Source: an uncultured virus (IMG/VR IMGVR_UViG_3300033145_002040)
Taxonomy: Duplodnaviria > Heunggongvirae > Uroviricota > Caudoviricetes
Length of the DNA: 64,000 bases
IMG/VR virus record: IMGVR_UViG_3300033145_002040
Reading direction: 5' to 3' (one strand)
Below the pieces are notes generated by a model. That model was given only the letters and a program-made list of their open reading frames with translations. It made no database searches and had not been told where the DNA came from. The position numbers and the translations under genes are program-made. Position 1 is the first letter of the stretch. Every line of letters begins with the position of its first letter. Positions 46,996 through 56,863 of this stretch are shown in pieces.

Positions 46996-47181
46996 ATTCT
47001 AATCAACCATATAACTATTTTAAAACGTCGTGATTGTGAAAGCCCCACAACATTGGGACAAATAATAATAAATTGTTTTGATTAAGGGTTTATTCTTTAG
47101 TAGCTTCTAATACTGTCTTCAGTTTACTCATCTTTTCCATAAAATAATTTATAATATCAGATGCTGTTTCTAAATCTATTT

Positions 47182-47490
47182 TTATCTCATCGCTAAAATA
47201 TGCAAAAACTGTGCTAATATTATCTTTCTTAATTTTGAAACTGGGAATATAGAGTTTAACGAAAGGACTGGATGCCTTTCTTTTTCAACTGGTGAGGATG
47301 GACTATTCCCAGTTTCTGTTTCTATCAATCCTTCAGAAAATGTTGCTTCGTTTTGATGTCCATCCTCATCAGTGTATTCTATAGTTTTCTTAAACCCTTC
47401 TTCTTTTGCAGATTCCAAAATATCGCAATGTATAGACATATATGTATCCATTTTTACTTTTCCTCCTTCTCCGTTATTTCTTGTTCCCAT
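47182..47490 (-). CDS. Hypothetical protein
   Basis: ORF on the dominant strand. Confidence 0.45.
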   Translation of the reverse strand: MGTRNNGEGGKVKMDTYMSIHCDILESAKEEGFKKTIEYTDEDGHQNEATFSEGLIETETGNSPSSPVEKERHPVLSLNSIFPVSKLRKIILAQFLHILAMR

Positions 47491-47714
47491 ACTTTCGCTT
47501 CCGCTTGTACAGAACTACATGAGTATAAATTTAAAAGATAATTAGTTTATATAACTACTACTTTGTTTCCTCTATCGTATTTAAAGCGAACTTATAATCA
47601 GCATGGTTACCATCTCCGTTTATTGCTAGTGAGCTTTGAGGCATTTTTAATAACTTCATAGAAGTCTTATCCCCATTTCTGGTTCTCGCCATTTCACCAT
47701 GCTGATTATTATAA

Positions 47715-47963
47715 TTACTCATTTGTTTTCTTATGTGTTATGTTCAATTTTTTAATTTTTGCTTTGCCAATCAACCATCCTAAGAAAGATAATTGCGTGT
47801 TGGCATAAGACTCACCAAGATCAGAACGAATTTTCAGCTCATTTAAAAGTTCTTTTTTAGAAAGAGAACGACACGTCGTTCCAAAAGTTATAGAATCTGG
47901 CATACTTTCTAATCTCTTCTCAATTAAAAACCATTCATCTTCTGTTAATTCTTTTTTTACCAT
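47715..47963 (-). CDS. Hypothetical protein
   Basis: Coupled ORF. Confidence 0.6.
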   Translation of the reverse strand: MVKKELTEDEWFLIEKRLESMPDSITFGTTCRSLSKKELLNELKIRSDLGESYANTQLSFLGWLIGKAKIKKLNITHKKTNE

Positions 47964-48172
47964 TTTTCGTTCTTTATAGCCTCAATTTCTTCATAAGTCT
48001 CTAGCTCCCAAGTATCACTAGCTCCTTCTTTATTTATTATATTTATTTGCCACGTTGAATCTTCATTACAAATTTCATCTATTACTGAATTAAATACTCT
48101 TGCTTGTTCATTTAAGTCATCAGTCAAATTTCTTAGCTGCCTTACTGTAACCTTCATTCCTTGTCTTTTCAT
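47957..48172 (-). CDS. Hypothetical protein, paralog of the C-terminal half of 59303..59737
   Basis: KRQGMxVTxxQLRxLxDDL...QINIIN...SDTW. Confidence 0.7.
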   Translation of the reverse strand: MKRQGMKVTVRQLRNLTDDLNEQARVFNSVIDEICNEDSTWQINIINKEGASDTWELETYEEIEAIKNEKW

Positions 48173-48367
48173 TTTATTGTTTCATTTATCTCTTTTGTCT
48201 TCTCCACTTTTAAATTTTCTTTAGTATGTTTAAATGTACCTTTGATATTCTTACTACCAACAATTTCTAAAAAAGAGAAACCAGCAGATTTAATATCTAA
48301 TCTCCAATCGTGTTCTATGTTGCTATAATAATTTATTACCATTTTTTTTTGAATTTATGTTAGTTGT

Positions 48368-48736
48368 TTATAATCTTACTCTCTCAATAGTATAATCAAA
48401 TTTGCTTTCATTTCTATTTTGATATACATAAAAGGAAAACACCCTATTAATTTTATATTGTTTTTGGATATATATCTTATCTGCATCTAATTGGATATAA
48501 GCCTTAGCACTTGCTGATGGTCTATCTGTTGTTTTCACTTCAAATGCATATGCATAGTTATTATTTAACACCAATAAATCTGCTTCATGATATCCTCGAA
48601 ATTTATATTTAAATTCTTTCAATATAACACAATTTTTATCCCTTACCCTATCTTCTAATAAATCAATAGTATTTGCATGGAATGATCTACCCCTCTTTTT
48701 TTGCTTCCTTATTCCATCTTTTAATTTTACTACCAC
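48368..48736 (-). CDS. PD-(D/E)xK nuclease-like protein
   Basis: E...HEADLLV...AFEVKT...QL. Confidence 0.7.
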   Translation of the reverse strand: MVVKLKDGIRKQKKRGRSFHANTIDLLEDRVRDKNCVILKEFKYKFRGYHEADLLVLNNNYAYAFEVKTTDRPSASAKAYIQLDADKIYIQKQYKINRVFSFYVYQNRNESKFDYTIERVRL

Positions 48737-48939
48737 TCTCCGCTCCCATAGTACGCACCATATTTATCTTTCCATTTTTTTGCATAATTGTTAAGAATTT
48801 TCTTATATTTTCTTAGCTGTTCTATTTCTCCTGGATGAATGCACTTAACTATCCTTATTGTCTCCTGCATTCTCCTATCTAAGTATATTTTCTCTTCTTC
48901 TATTTTTTTCTCTAAGTTACTTTCTCCCATTTTAATCAT
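48730..48939 (-). CDS. Hypothetical protein
   Basis: Coupled ORF. Confidence 0.55.
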   Translation of the reverse strand: MIKMGESNLEKKIEEEKIYLDRRMQETIRIVKCIHPGEIEQLRKYKKILNNYAKKWKDKYGAYYGSGEW

Positions 48940-50461
48940 AAATCTCGAATCTAAGGAGCCCTCCGAATCCTCCTAAATTTCTAAATTGTACTCCCTCCGG
49001 TGTCTCATCAGTGACAAGATGTACCTCCGATGAAGATGACTCTGCTAATTCCATAAACAGTTTAACTTTTTCTTTAGGTAATGATTTTGAAAGGATTAAT
49101 TTTTCTACTGCCCCTTTTCTCAATCTGTCTTCTACCTCAGCTTCTCCATATGAAACTTTATTAGGATCTTTCCCTAACCTTTCCATAAATAAGTCTATAA
49201 TTATTCTTTGCTTAGTTATTTCTTGCTCCTCTAAATCAGATTTACAAAGTTTTACTAATTCCTCTAATCCCTTCATTCCATCTCCTCCCATATCTTTTAA
49301 TGCTATAACTTTATTCCTAAGTTGAGTTACAAGTTGAGATTGCTTTAAAAATTTATCTTTAGTTGGAGTTGGCCCACCGATGAAAATTCCTTTTAATTTT
49401 TTGTTATCCCAAAATAATCTTTTCATATGTTCTGCTGTTTTCTTATAAAACTCCTTCGCTGTACTATCTCTAACTCTCTCAAATCGCTGAGCGGAGTTAT
49501 GAACAATTAACCCATTTGCTATAAAATTATGGGTATCTGTTTCTATATCTATAGTATCTGATATTCCTACTGATTCTATTTTAGATATTTTTACAGGTAT
49601 AATATTTGATGGATATATATTATCATTATATATGCTGTTAGGAATAACCAAGTAATCATTTTCTTTTATCTCCGATAACAACCTCTCATGTATGATATTA
49701 TCTGCTACAACAAAGAAAGTATGGTCCAATGAAGCCCTTATATTAATCTTAGGATGATAAGTTGTAATCTCAAAAAGTTCTTTTTTATTCTTCCACTTAG
49801 ATACTACCTTCGTATTCTCCATCTTCCCACTATCAAAATTATAACCTATAATGGTAGATAATTCATCTACCTCATTAATAGGTATGATCTCCCCGTTATC
49901 TTTCATCACTAACGTATCCGTAGATAAACATTGCCCACCCGTCTTGTGCTGTCCAGGGACTCCAGAATAAATGTGCTTTAATAGTTTAATACTATTCCCA
50001 TCTAAAATTCCTATTGATGCCTCATTCAATTCTATTATAAGAAGCCCGTACACCTCATCCGATTCTAACATATCAATCAGAGGGTCTAATAAAAATCTTT
50101 GATCACAACGATAGGTTCTTACATTTAATATCTTAGGGGGCTCTATCGCCCAAACTTCCAATGATTCTCTCCCATCAGTAGTTGTAATTAAACCGGAGAA
50201 TACCGCTAATCCGTTTTTTGGCGTTCTACCTATTTCTTTCAGTTTTCTAACAGCTAAATCTAACGCATTAATAACATTTTTTCTTGTTGTGCTAGATTTA
50301 ATATTATTTGCAGTTCCCTTCTCATCTTCTAGTTGCTTTTTCATTTGCACCAGAGAAGCCCCAGCCGGTATTAATACTGTAATCAATTCAGTATGTTTAC
50401 CATGATAACTTCCAAGCTCTTCAACGAAAGCCTCTAATTCATATTTTTGTAATTCATCCAT
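48932..50461 (-). CDS. prf1: Archaeal peptide chain release factor aRF1 containing a mini-intein
   Basis: TELIT, NIKS, YRCDQRF, GGQ|...|SAQRF, GGFGGLLRF. Confidence 0.93.
   Translation of the reverse strand: MDELQKYELEAFVEELGSYHGKHTELITVLIPAGASLVQMKKQLEDEKGTANNIKSSTTRKNVINALDLAVRKLKEIGRTPKNGLAVFSGLITTTDGRESLEVWAIEPPKILNVRTYRCDQRFLLDPLIDMLESDEVYGLLIIELNEASIGILDGNSIKLLKHIYSGVPGQHKTGGQCLSTDTLVMKDNGEIIPINEVDELSTIIGYNFDSGKMENTKVVSKWKNKKELFEITTYHPKINIRASLDHTFFVVADNIIHERLLSEIKENDYLVIPNSIYNDNIYPSNIIPVKISKIESVGISDTIDIETDTHNFIANGLIVHNSAQRFERVRDSTAKEFYKKTAEHMKRLFWDNKKLKGIFIGGPTPTKDKFLKQSQLVTQLRNKVIALKDMGGDGMKGLEELVKLCKSDLEEQEITKQRIIIDLFMERLGKDPNKVSYGEAEVEDRLRKGAVEKLILSKSLPKEKVKLFMELAESSSSEVHLVTDETPEGVQFRNLGGFGGLLRFEIYD
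49496..49930 (-). other. 145-aa mini-intein (no homing endonuclease) inserted directly after GGQ
   Basis: CLSTDTLV (block A), ASLDHTFF (block B), TIDIE...HNFIANGLIVHN|S (blocks F/G). Confidence 0.93.
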
Positions 50462-50489
50462 TTTATATATCCTATATAATTATCTATCC

Positions 50490-50523
50490 TTTATAAACTT
50501 TTTGATACCACTAAATAGTGGCA
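50490..50523 (-). promoter_or_regulatory. Class A promoter of aRF1
   Basis: TTTATAAACTTTTTGA-TACCACT-AAAT-AGTGGCA. Confidence 0.75.
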
Positions 50524-50540
50524 CATTTTATTATTATAAT

Positions 50541-50636
50541 CCGTAGGTTAGAGGAGCCACCTCCATGTGTGTAGACGCTATCTACTCTAAGGGCAAGGGC
50601 TCTTGCCGCCGGCTCATTATTCACATTAACCTACGG
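50541..50636 (-). ncRNA. Candidate structured RNA downstream of the tRNA cluster
   Basis: 10-bp closing helix CCGTAGGTTA/TAACCTACGG, inner GAGCC/GGCTC, two internal hairpins. Confidence 0.5.
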
Positions 50637-50654
50637 TTATCGCCTTTCGACGAA

Positions 50655-50728
50655 TGGGGTTGCCCAGATTTGAACTAGGACTAGAGCGTTCCAGACGCCC
50701 GGTCATAACCAGATTAGACTACAACCCC
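50655..50728 (-). tRNA. tRNA-Pro(TGG), atypical C33/A37
   Basis: Acceptor GGGGTTG/CAACCCC; GGGCG-TCTGGAA-CGCTC; T-loop TTCAAAT. Confidence 0.8.
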
Positions 50729-50731
50729 TTA

Positions 50732-50802
50732 TGCGAGATAAGGGTAACTCACCCTTGTTTCTTGGTTGGAAGCCAAGCGTTCTGCTATTAAACTAATCTC
50801 AC
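50732..50802 (-). tRNA. tRNA-Gly(TCC) with non-canonical D- and T-loops
   Basis: GTGAGAT/ATCTCGC; CTTGG-CTTCCAA-CCAAG; T-loop TGAGTTA; no GG in D-loop. Confidence 0.75.
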
Positions 50803-50831
50803 TTACAACTTTGAAAAAGCTGAATAAACAA

Positions 50832-50906
50832 TAGCAGGAGATGGATTCGAACCACCGGTATCTAACGCATGAGTCCAGTGCATTAACCTAACTGTGCTAC
50901 CCCGCT
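50832..50906 (-). tRNA. tRNA-Met(CAT), A1:U72 initiator-like acceptor, weak anticodon stem
   Basis: AGCGGGG/TCCTGCT; loop CTCATGC; T-arm GGTGG-TTCGAAT-CCATC. Confidence 0.72.
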
Positions 50907-51193
50907 ATTAAAATTGACAAACAACCCTAGAAGTAATTACTAATTTAATCTATATCTCCAGTTTCATCATTACTAACCTCAGCAATATATTCTTCAGCCG
51001 TATTGATGTCATTCACAATAGCAGCTTGAGTTTTTTCGGCAGTCATCACTTCCCCTTCATTCGCAATAATTTTTTCATTTTTCATTTTAATTTAAACCTC
51101 CTTATAATAATGTTTTAACATTATGAATAAAATTATATCCCCCAGCACCTACTTAAAGGTGAAGGGAATATTTAATAATAACAAATAACAAGC

Positions 51194-51227
51194 TTTATAA
51201 ATCTTATATTCCTACTACAAAGTAGTA
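51194..51227 (-). promoter_or_regulatory. Class A promoter upstream of a small ORF and the tRNA cluster
   Basis: TTTATAAATCTTATAT-TCCTACT-ACAA-AGTAGTA. Confidence 0.65.
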
Positions 51228-51238
51228 TTACTTAAGAT

Positions 51239-51862
51239 TTATTTTTTAGCTTTCTTTTTTGCTACTTTACTTCTCTTGACAATCTTCTTTACTAATGTGA
51301 AGTTTCTTGCAGGAGCAGTAAAAGTATCTCCGATGTAACCTTTGTGAGCTTCTTTATCTTTATGATCGATTAAGATAACCTTCATAGATCCAGTGCTAGT
51401 TATACTTAATACCCTACACTTGCATCCTTTATAGAGGTGTTCATAAGATATGTTCTCTCCATTTACATTCGTCTGTGGGATAATACCTGTTATAATATCT
51501 CCAACTTTAAAAGAAGGATTAACATTAAACATATCAGTATTATCAGATACGTCTACAGGAGTATAGCGAATACTCGTCATTTCTCCCCTAAGCCTATTCT
51601 CAGTAGCATCAAGCTGTTCTTTTGTAGCCCCGAATAGAGGAAACAAAATCCACATACCAATCAAATAAATCACCCCAGCAACGATAATCATAGGCCAGAA
51701 TAATATAGTTAATCCTACAGCAAGCTCACACTCAAAATCCTCACGATGATTAAATAATGAAGAAACTATATACCCTACTAACATACCAACGATGAGATAA
51801 AGAAATATACCTCCGAAAGTAGCCAAAAGAATTGTCAATTCGGAACAATTTTCATATACCAT
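51239..51862 (-). CDS. Membrane protein with C-terminal SH3-like domain
   Basis: Two TM helices, FWP, FKVGDII; GGAGG SD. Confidence 0.7.
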   Translation of the reverse strand: MVYENCSELTILLATFGGIFLYLIVGMLVGYIVSSLFNHREDFECELAVGLTILFWPMIIVAGVIYLIGMWILFPLFGATKEQLDATENRLRGEMTSIRYTPVDVSDNTDMFNVNPSFKVGDIITGIIPQTNVNGENISYEHLYKGCKCRVLSITSTGSMKVILIDHKDKEAHKGYIGDTFTAPARNFTLVKKIVKRSKVAKKKAKK

Positions 51863-51886
51863 TTTTATTTTTTACCTCCTTTCATT

Positions 51887-53158
51887 TTATAAAGTTTGCC
51901 TTTCCTTTTTTTTATTTACTGATTTTATGTCAGAACCCTTAATAATATACCACCCTAAACGCTTCTTTGGACTTTCAACTATATCCTCAATTTTATCCCT
52001 TATCCCATAAGAATCATTGCCAGATATCTTTAAATCACCACCAAAAGTAAACCCATATAACGGAACAAATCCAAAGCTTACCTCTAAAAACTCTTCTACC
52101 TTATTCATCTTTATGTCCCGATTTGTCTCTTTTAATATATCACAAAGATTTATTGGAAATGAACGTCTATATTTAATCGGAGTAATATCTATAACTGGAT
52201 ATTTAATATCAGAAGTTATCATATAAATTCTGTTATCTTTTATATGAATATATTCTTTATCCATCCCGAAATAAAGATAATCTAAATTTTTCATTGAAGT
52301 AGAACCGCAAAGAATATTGTCTCCATATTTGCATAATGAGAAGGATGTAAAAGCGCTTTTAAAATAAAATGTATTTTTGCTCTTCTTATCATATAAAATT
52401 ACACTATATCTACCAGATAATTTTTCACATGTACTTTGTATGGCATAAGCTATCCTCTTAATCCTATTTTTAATATTACTCTTTTCAAAAAAATAACTTA
52501 TTAATTCTAAAATAACATAACTATCAGTACTGATAGTAGTATTAAAATTATATTTAATATGAATAGCCTGAGCATTAGAAATAGTACCATTGTGAACTAA
52601 AACAAAGTCTTTCAACATAAACGGATGATTATTTCTATTACTATCTCGGCCCATATAATTAACTATCTTTTCAGAGCTTTTTTCTTCTAAGATTTTTTTA
52701 TGCTTAACATTTTTTTCGGTGATAATTGTTGCTTCTTCATTATCTAAACCACTTGCACCACATCTAATAGTAGGACAATATATATTAAATAGATTATCCA
52801 TCCAACCACTAGATGGATTCCATGCTGATGAATGGCTAGTAGAGGTACCCATACTCTTACAAATAGATGGCATTAAACATTTAATTTTTATATTAACTTT
52901 ATTAGGATTTTTAACTTTACACCATCCAGTAGAAAAACGATTATGCCCTACAATAAAATTACAATTAGTTAAAGTATATTCATCTAGCTTACTAGCATCA
53001 AAAGCTCCCGCATCTTTAAAAAAAGCATCACTATTAAAAACTCCAAAAGCATCATGATTACTCATCGACCCAAAGCACATCATTTTAAAGAATTCTCCCA
53101 TATCCGCTTTATTTATTTTTTCTTTTCCAAGTTTTTGTATTATTTGTAATTCACACAT
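51887..53158 (-). CDS. Class II glutamine amidotransferase (Ntn-hydrolase)
   Basis: N-terminal MC, GHNRFST, NHPF, LVHNGTI, TDS. Confidence 0.85.
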   Translation of the reverse strand: MCELQIIQKLGKEKINKADMGEFFKMMCFGSMSNHDAFGVFNSDAFFKDAGAFDASKLDEYTLTNCNFIVGHNRFSTGWCKVKNPNKVNIKIKCLMPSICKSMGTSTSHSSAWNPSSGWMDNLFNIYCPTIRCGASGLDNEEATIITEKNVKHKKILEEKSSEKIVNYMGRDSNRNNHPFMLKDFVLVHNGTISNAQAIHIKYNFNTTISTDSYVILELISYFFEKSNIKNRIKRIAYAIQSTCEKLSGRYSVILYDKKSKNTFYFKSAFTSFSLCKYGDNILCGSTSMKNLDYLYFGMDKEYIHIKDNRIYMITSDIKYPVIDITPIKYRRSFPINLCDILKETNRDIKMNKVEEFLEVSFGFVPLYGFTFGGDLKISGNDSYGIRDKIEDIVESPKKRLGWYIIKGSDIKSVNKKKERQTL

Positions 53159-53175
53159 TTTTTATTCTCCTGTTA

Positions 53176-54450
53176 CTAATATTCATCTTTATCACTAGGC
53201 TCGGCACTATCACCATCAAGTATACCGAGTGACTTAGTATTAACATAAATAGGAGCTCTAATTTTAAAATCTTTTTCTTCAAATTTAATAAAAGTAATCC
53301 ACCTTCGTTTAATATAATTTTGTATAGGTCTATCAAATATCTCCAAAAAAGCTTTCTTAGTAATTTTCATAGATCCAATCTCTTCTAGACTTTTATCTTC
53401 TAAAAACTTTAACACACTTTGATGAATTGATATCCAATTGATAATCTTTGATGGATTAACAGTACCAGAATGACTCCTTATTTCCAAAGTGCCTCTATAA
53501 AATATGCTATGAAGATTCGCCCAGCAATATCTCTTATCGTACCCATGCTGCCTTATCTTTCTGGAATAATTACTTGTTTCATACAGCATCTCTTTAAATT
53601 CATCTAAAGTTTTTACGCTTATTATATCTTCGGGAGTATCCTTATAATAACCAGAGAACCTTTTGCAATACCTTATATGCCGTCTGCTCTTCGGCAACAT
53701 ATTAAAAAACATATCCTCAAACCTTAAATAAAATAGATAAAGTTTCTTTAAAAATTCCAGCTCTTTCTTAACTTCCAGATGTATATGAAGACCACAAGTT
53801 TTATCAACTCTATAATGTTTCTTGTTTAGCTCTTTCCCAAATTCTTCTATTGATTCAAATAATAAATCCCCATTCATAGGAACACTACGGAACTCAACCC
53901 CACCATGGCTCAATGAACCATCCCTCCCTTGAGAAAATCTTAAAACTTTAAGCTCTTTTCTAATAAAACAATTTGCATCTCTATTTTTATTAAGGCATTC
54001 TATCTCTACCCCACAATAACGATTACTAGGATTTTTTATAAATGTTTTTGACGGCTCTTTTCTCTCTCCTATATCTATACGATGAAAATTCCTATAAGCA
54101 CTATTGTAGCATGATAAACAAAGTTTGTTATTATTATATGAATTAAGATTATTATTAAATATACGCCTACCACAATCTTCACAATTAGATGTCCTATCTC
54201 TAAAGCAAACGGCACAAATATTCTTCCTTTCGACTTTAATTAATGTTGGGACTATACCATCACAACATTCGCAAAATTTGAATTTATTCTTAGCACATTC
54301 CTTACAATAAACAACATCATCAACAGTTCTATATTCTTTATTGGAAAACAAGCCTGCCTTTTCAGAACATACGCTACATCTTTTTAACTTAAATAGTGCC
54401 TTTATACCATTTTTAATATTTATATATTTATTTTTTATTATATTTACCAT
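53176..54450 (-). CDS. Putative amidoligase (COOH-NH2 ligase) with N-terminal CxxC repeats
   Basis: GVEIE, DGSL...EFRS, TCGLHIH, GTLEIRSH. Confidence 0.85.
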   Translation of the reverse strand: MVNIIKNKYINIKNGIKALFKLKRCSVCSEKAGLFSNKEYRTVDDVVYCKECAKNKFKFCECCDGIVPTLIKVERKNICAVCFRDRTSNCEDCGRRIFNNNLNSYNNNKLCLSCYNSAYRNFHRIDIGERKEPSKTFIKNPSNRYCGVEIECLNKNRDANCFIRKELKVLRFSQGRDGSLSHGGVEFRSVPMNGDLLFESIEEFGKELNKKHYRVDKTCGLHIHLEVKKELEFLKKLYLFYLRFEDMFFNMLPKSRRHIRYCKRFSGYYKDTPEDIISVKTLDEFKEMLYETSNYSRKIRQHGYDKRYCWANLHSIFYRGTLEIRSHSGTVNPSKIINWISIHQSVLKFLEDKSLEEIGSMKITKKAFLEIFDRPIQNYIKRRWITFIKFEEKDFKIRAPIYVNTKSLGILDGDSAEPSDKDEY

Positions 54451-54451
54451 C

Positions 54452-55246
54452 TTATTTTTTTCTAACGCTCCTAAGCATCCTCATAAAAGTAGAACGTGAT
54501 TTCCCGGTTTGCTCTTTCCACTTATCACAAGCCACTTCTAATTTAGTATATTTTAATACTAAATCCAATAATAATTGTACATCTTTATCTGAACTAAGAA
54601 TCTCACTTGCAAATATCTTCCAGTCAAAACCCTTCTCTTTTATTTTGGATAATATAATTAATGACCTTATCGACAAATTTTTAGTAGCAGCTGAACAACT
54701 TTCATTAATATATTTCACTACTTCTTCATCTATTTCTTTATCTTCTTTTAGCTCTTTAAATATATCTAACTTCTCATTAAATGTAAAATCAAAATCTATG
54801 TTTACACCTCTACTTACAATAGGCTCAAAGCTAGACAACACTCCATTAAATATTAATATAATTGATGCTTCTATCTTAAAATTATCTGGAATATCCAACT
54901 TATCAAAAGCCTTAGATGTAGTGTAATAACTTACATCTCTATTATCAGAGTGTGACCCCCAACATGCAGCCTTAAGCATCCCCAGTATCTTAGCATCTCC
55001 TATATTAGATAAATCATCAAAAATTATAATCTTTTTATTTCTATTTTTATATAGTAGTTCATAGAACTTAAGAGGAGTAGAATATGTTTTTATATAAGCA
55101 TAATCTAATTTCTTTTTCTTAACAAAATCTATGATTCTATGCGTCTTCCCCATCCCAGGGTCACCCCTTACTACCAATAAATTAAACGCGCCCTTATCCA
55201 TTGCATTCAACGATACCTCTAGCAATTTATATTTATTATTCTCCAT
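54452..55246 (-). CDS. AAA+ ATPase with C-terminal HTH
   Basis: Walker A GDPGMGKT, Walker B IIIFDD, TGKSRSTFMR. Confidence 0.8.
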   Translation of the reverse strand: MENNKYKLLEVSLNAMDKGAFNLLVVRGDPGMGKTHRIIDFVKKKKLDYAYIKTYSTPLKFYELLYKNRNKKIIIFDDLSNIGDAKILGMLKAACWGSHSDNRDVSYYTTSKAFDKLDIPDNFKIEASIILIFNGVLSSFEPIVSRGVNIDFDFTFNEKLDIFKELKEDKEIDEEVVKYINESCSAATKNLSIRSLIILSKIKEKGFDWKIFASEILSSDKDVQLLLDLVLKYTKLEVACDKWKEQTGKSRSTFMRMLRSVRKK

Positions 55247-55256
55247 ATTTATTTAA

Positions 55257-55460
55257 CTAATATATAAAAACAATAGAGCATTGTCCCCAAAAATGTTTTA
55301 TTATAGATGCTCTTCCTTCTTTACTAGAAGTCCCGTATTTATTAATAACACTTATAAGTTCCTTCTCATCCCAATTCATAAGTTTACATACTGATTTAGC
55401 TTTACTCTCAGCACTTCCCACTATCTTTAAAATATCTTTAATTTTTAATTCTGTTTGCAT
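55257..55460 (-). CDS. Hypothetical protein
   Basis: SD-preceded ORF. Confidence 0.55.
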   Translation of the reverse strand: MQTELKIKDILKIVGSAESKAKSVCKLMNWDEKELISVINKYGTSSKEGRASIIKHFWGQCSIVFIY

Positions 55461-55655
55461 TTTTCCTCCTAGTTAATTTACTTATTTCTTCTTACACTTT
55501 ATCCTCAAAAAGGATACTATATTTTTTTGGTATATGGACATATACTCTTGTGGATTTTTTTTTGAAGATTAAACATATCTTCTCATCTGGGTACCACACA
55601 ATAGTTACTTCCGCAAATTTTCTTACTATTTCATTTCTAAACATTTGCCTCTCCT

Positions 55656-55976
55656 TCAAACCACATTTTCAGCTATAGCTTCTGGGCTCCACATTTTCTT
55701 TAAACATTCATCGCAATACACTCTATTAAACCCATCATCGGAGATTTTGCTGTCATCACTAAAATTTTTTCCACACCTTACACAATTCGTATGTGTTTCT
55801 ATTTCACTTTCTATAACGATATCCATAAGATGAGCTATCTCATCTTTTTTCTCTGAAGAAACTCCTTCAATACCATCCATTAATTTGTTATAGCATTGTA
55901 ACTCTTCTTCATTTAAATCATCTTTAGTGATATCTTTATCAAATACTATAGATTTATATGCCTTATTTTTTATCAT
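55656..55976 (-). CDS. Zn-finger protein
   Basis: CVRC...CDEC; GGAGG SD. Confidence 0.65.
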   Translation of the reverse strand: MIKNKAYKSIVFDKDITKDDLNEEELQCYNKLMDGIEGVSSEKKDEIAHLMDIVIESEIETHTNCVRCGKNFSDDSKISDDGFNRVYCDECLKKMWSPEAIAENVV

Positions 55977-56439
55977 CTTTATTTACCTCCTTTCTTATTT
56001 TATTTTTATCATTAACTATAGGAGTATTAATACTATCCAAATTGAATAAAATATTCAAATTATTTTTTAAATTCTTTATTGCACTTGTTGTTCTATTTAT
56101 ATTCTTATCCTTATTTCTAATAGCTTTCTGAAGATTAACTATCTTTTTAAACTGCCTAGCCACAACATCACTCTCTTTTATAAACTTGTTTTCTGGGTAA
56201 AATTGCTCATCACATTCTGAACATACTCTAACACGAAGTTCTGAGATATGAGGACAAATACATCTAAGTCTTTTAGGGACTAAATGATGAGCAGTAGTCT
56301 TTCTTTTTTTGCCACAAATTTGACAACAACCCTTTTTGTAGCTATTAGACTTCAGATATCTAATCTTACCAATTTTAAGAAAATATATATCATCTAAATC
56401 TTTACCGCTCTCTATCACGCCCTTATCCTCAATATCCAT
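55963..56439 (-). CDS. HNH-like protein with coiled-coil tail
   Basis: CQIC...TAHHLVP...VCSEC. Confidence 0.65.
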   Translation of the reverse strand: MDIEDKGVIESGKDLDDIYFLKIGKIRYLKSNSYKKGCCQICGKKRKTTAHHLVPKRLRCICPHISELRVRVCSECDEQFYPENKFIKESDVVARQFKKIVNLQKAIRNKDKNINRTTSAIKNLKNNLNILFNLDSINTPIVNDKNKIRKEVNKDDKK

Positions 56440-56863
56440 TATTTATATCCTCTATAATTTTTAGCTTCTCATTATCTTTAGTCCAATCCCCAGAACATAT
56501 AATATTTTTATCATCAACAGCTCTATCATAAACATAAATAACTCCTATTTTGCCATCATTATCTTTAACCTCAACCGGTGTATATCCAGCACTTCTTTCC
56601 ATTTTATCTATCCTATCAAATACCTCATCTGACAAACTATATAATTCAACATATAATCTTTCCCCGGTGGAAGACGATTTTATCCCGGGATAACTCCATA
56701 ATAAATAAAGCTTATATCCGTCTATAAAACCTTTTTTAATTAGTCTATTTCTTGGATTATCATCTATTAAAGAATGATTAAAAAATCCCTTCTTTAAACT
56801 TCCATATACAAACATATTTTTCATTTTTTTTCTCCATTTGTTTTTTTTCAAATTCCATTTCAA
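56429..56863 (-). CDS. Gamma-glutamylcyclotransferase (AIG2-like)
   Basis: MFVYGSLKKG, YPG, ELY...IDKME...Y. Confidence 0.88.
   Translation of the reverse strand: MKWNLKKNKWRKKMKNMFVYGSLKKGFFNHSLIDDNPRNRLIKKGFIDGYKLYLLWSYPGIKSSSTGERLYVELYSLSDEVFDRIDKMERSAGYTPVEVKDNDGKIGVIYVYDRAVDDKNIICSGDWTKDNEKLKIIEDINNGY

Noticed and set aside
48932..50461. Stop-codon reassignment implied by the encoded release factor
   Set aside because: Long genes are intact in the standard code, TAA/TAG/TGA all end genes at sensible positions, and no suppressor tRNA was found
51134..51170. Third IS605-like end (CACCT-ACTTAA-AGGTG hairpin)
   Set aside because: Lacks the GATACCC/TCAT context of the other ends; more likely a 5' leader hairpin
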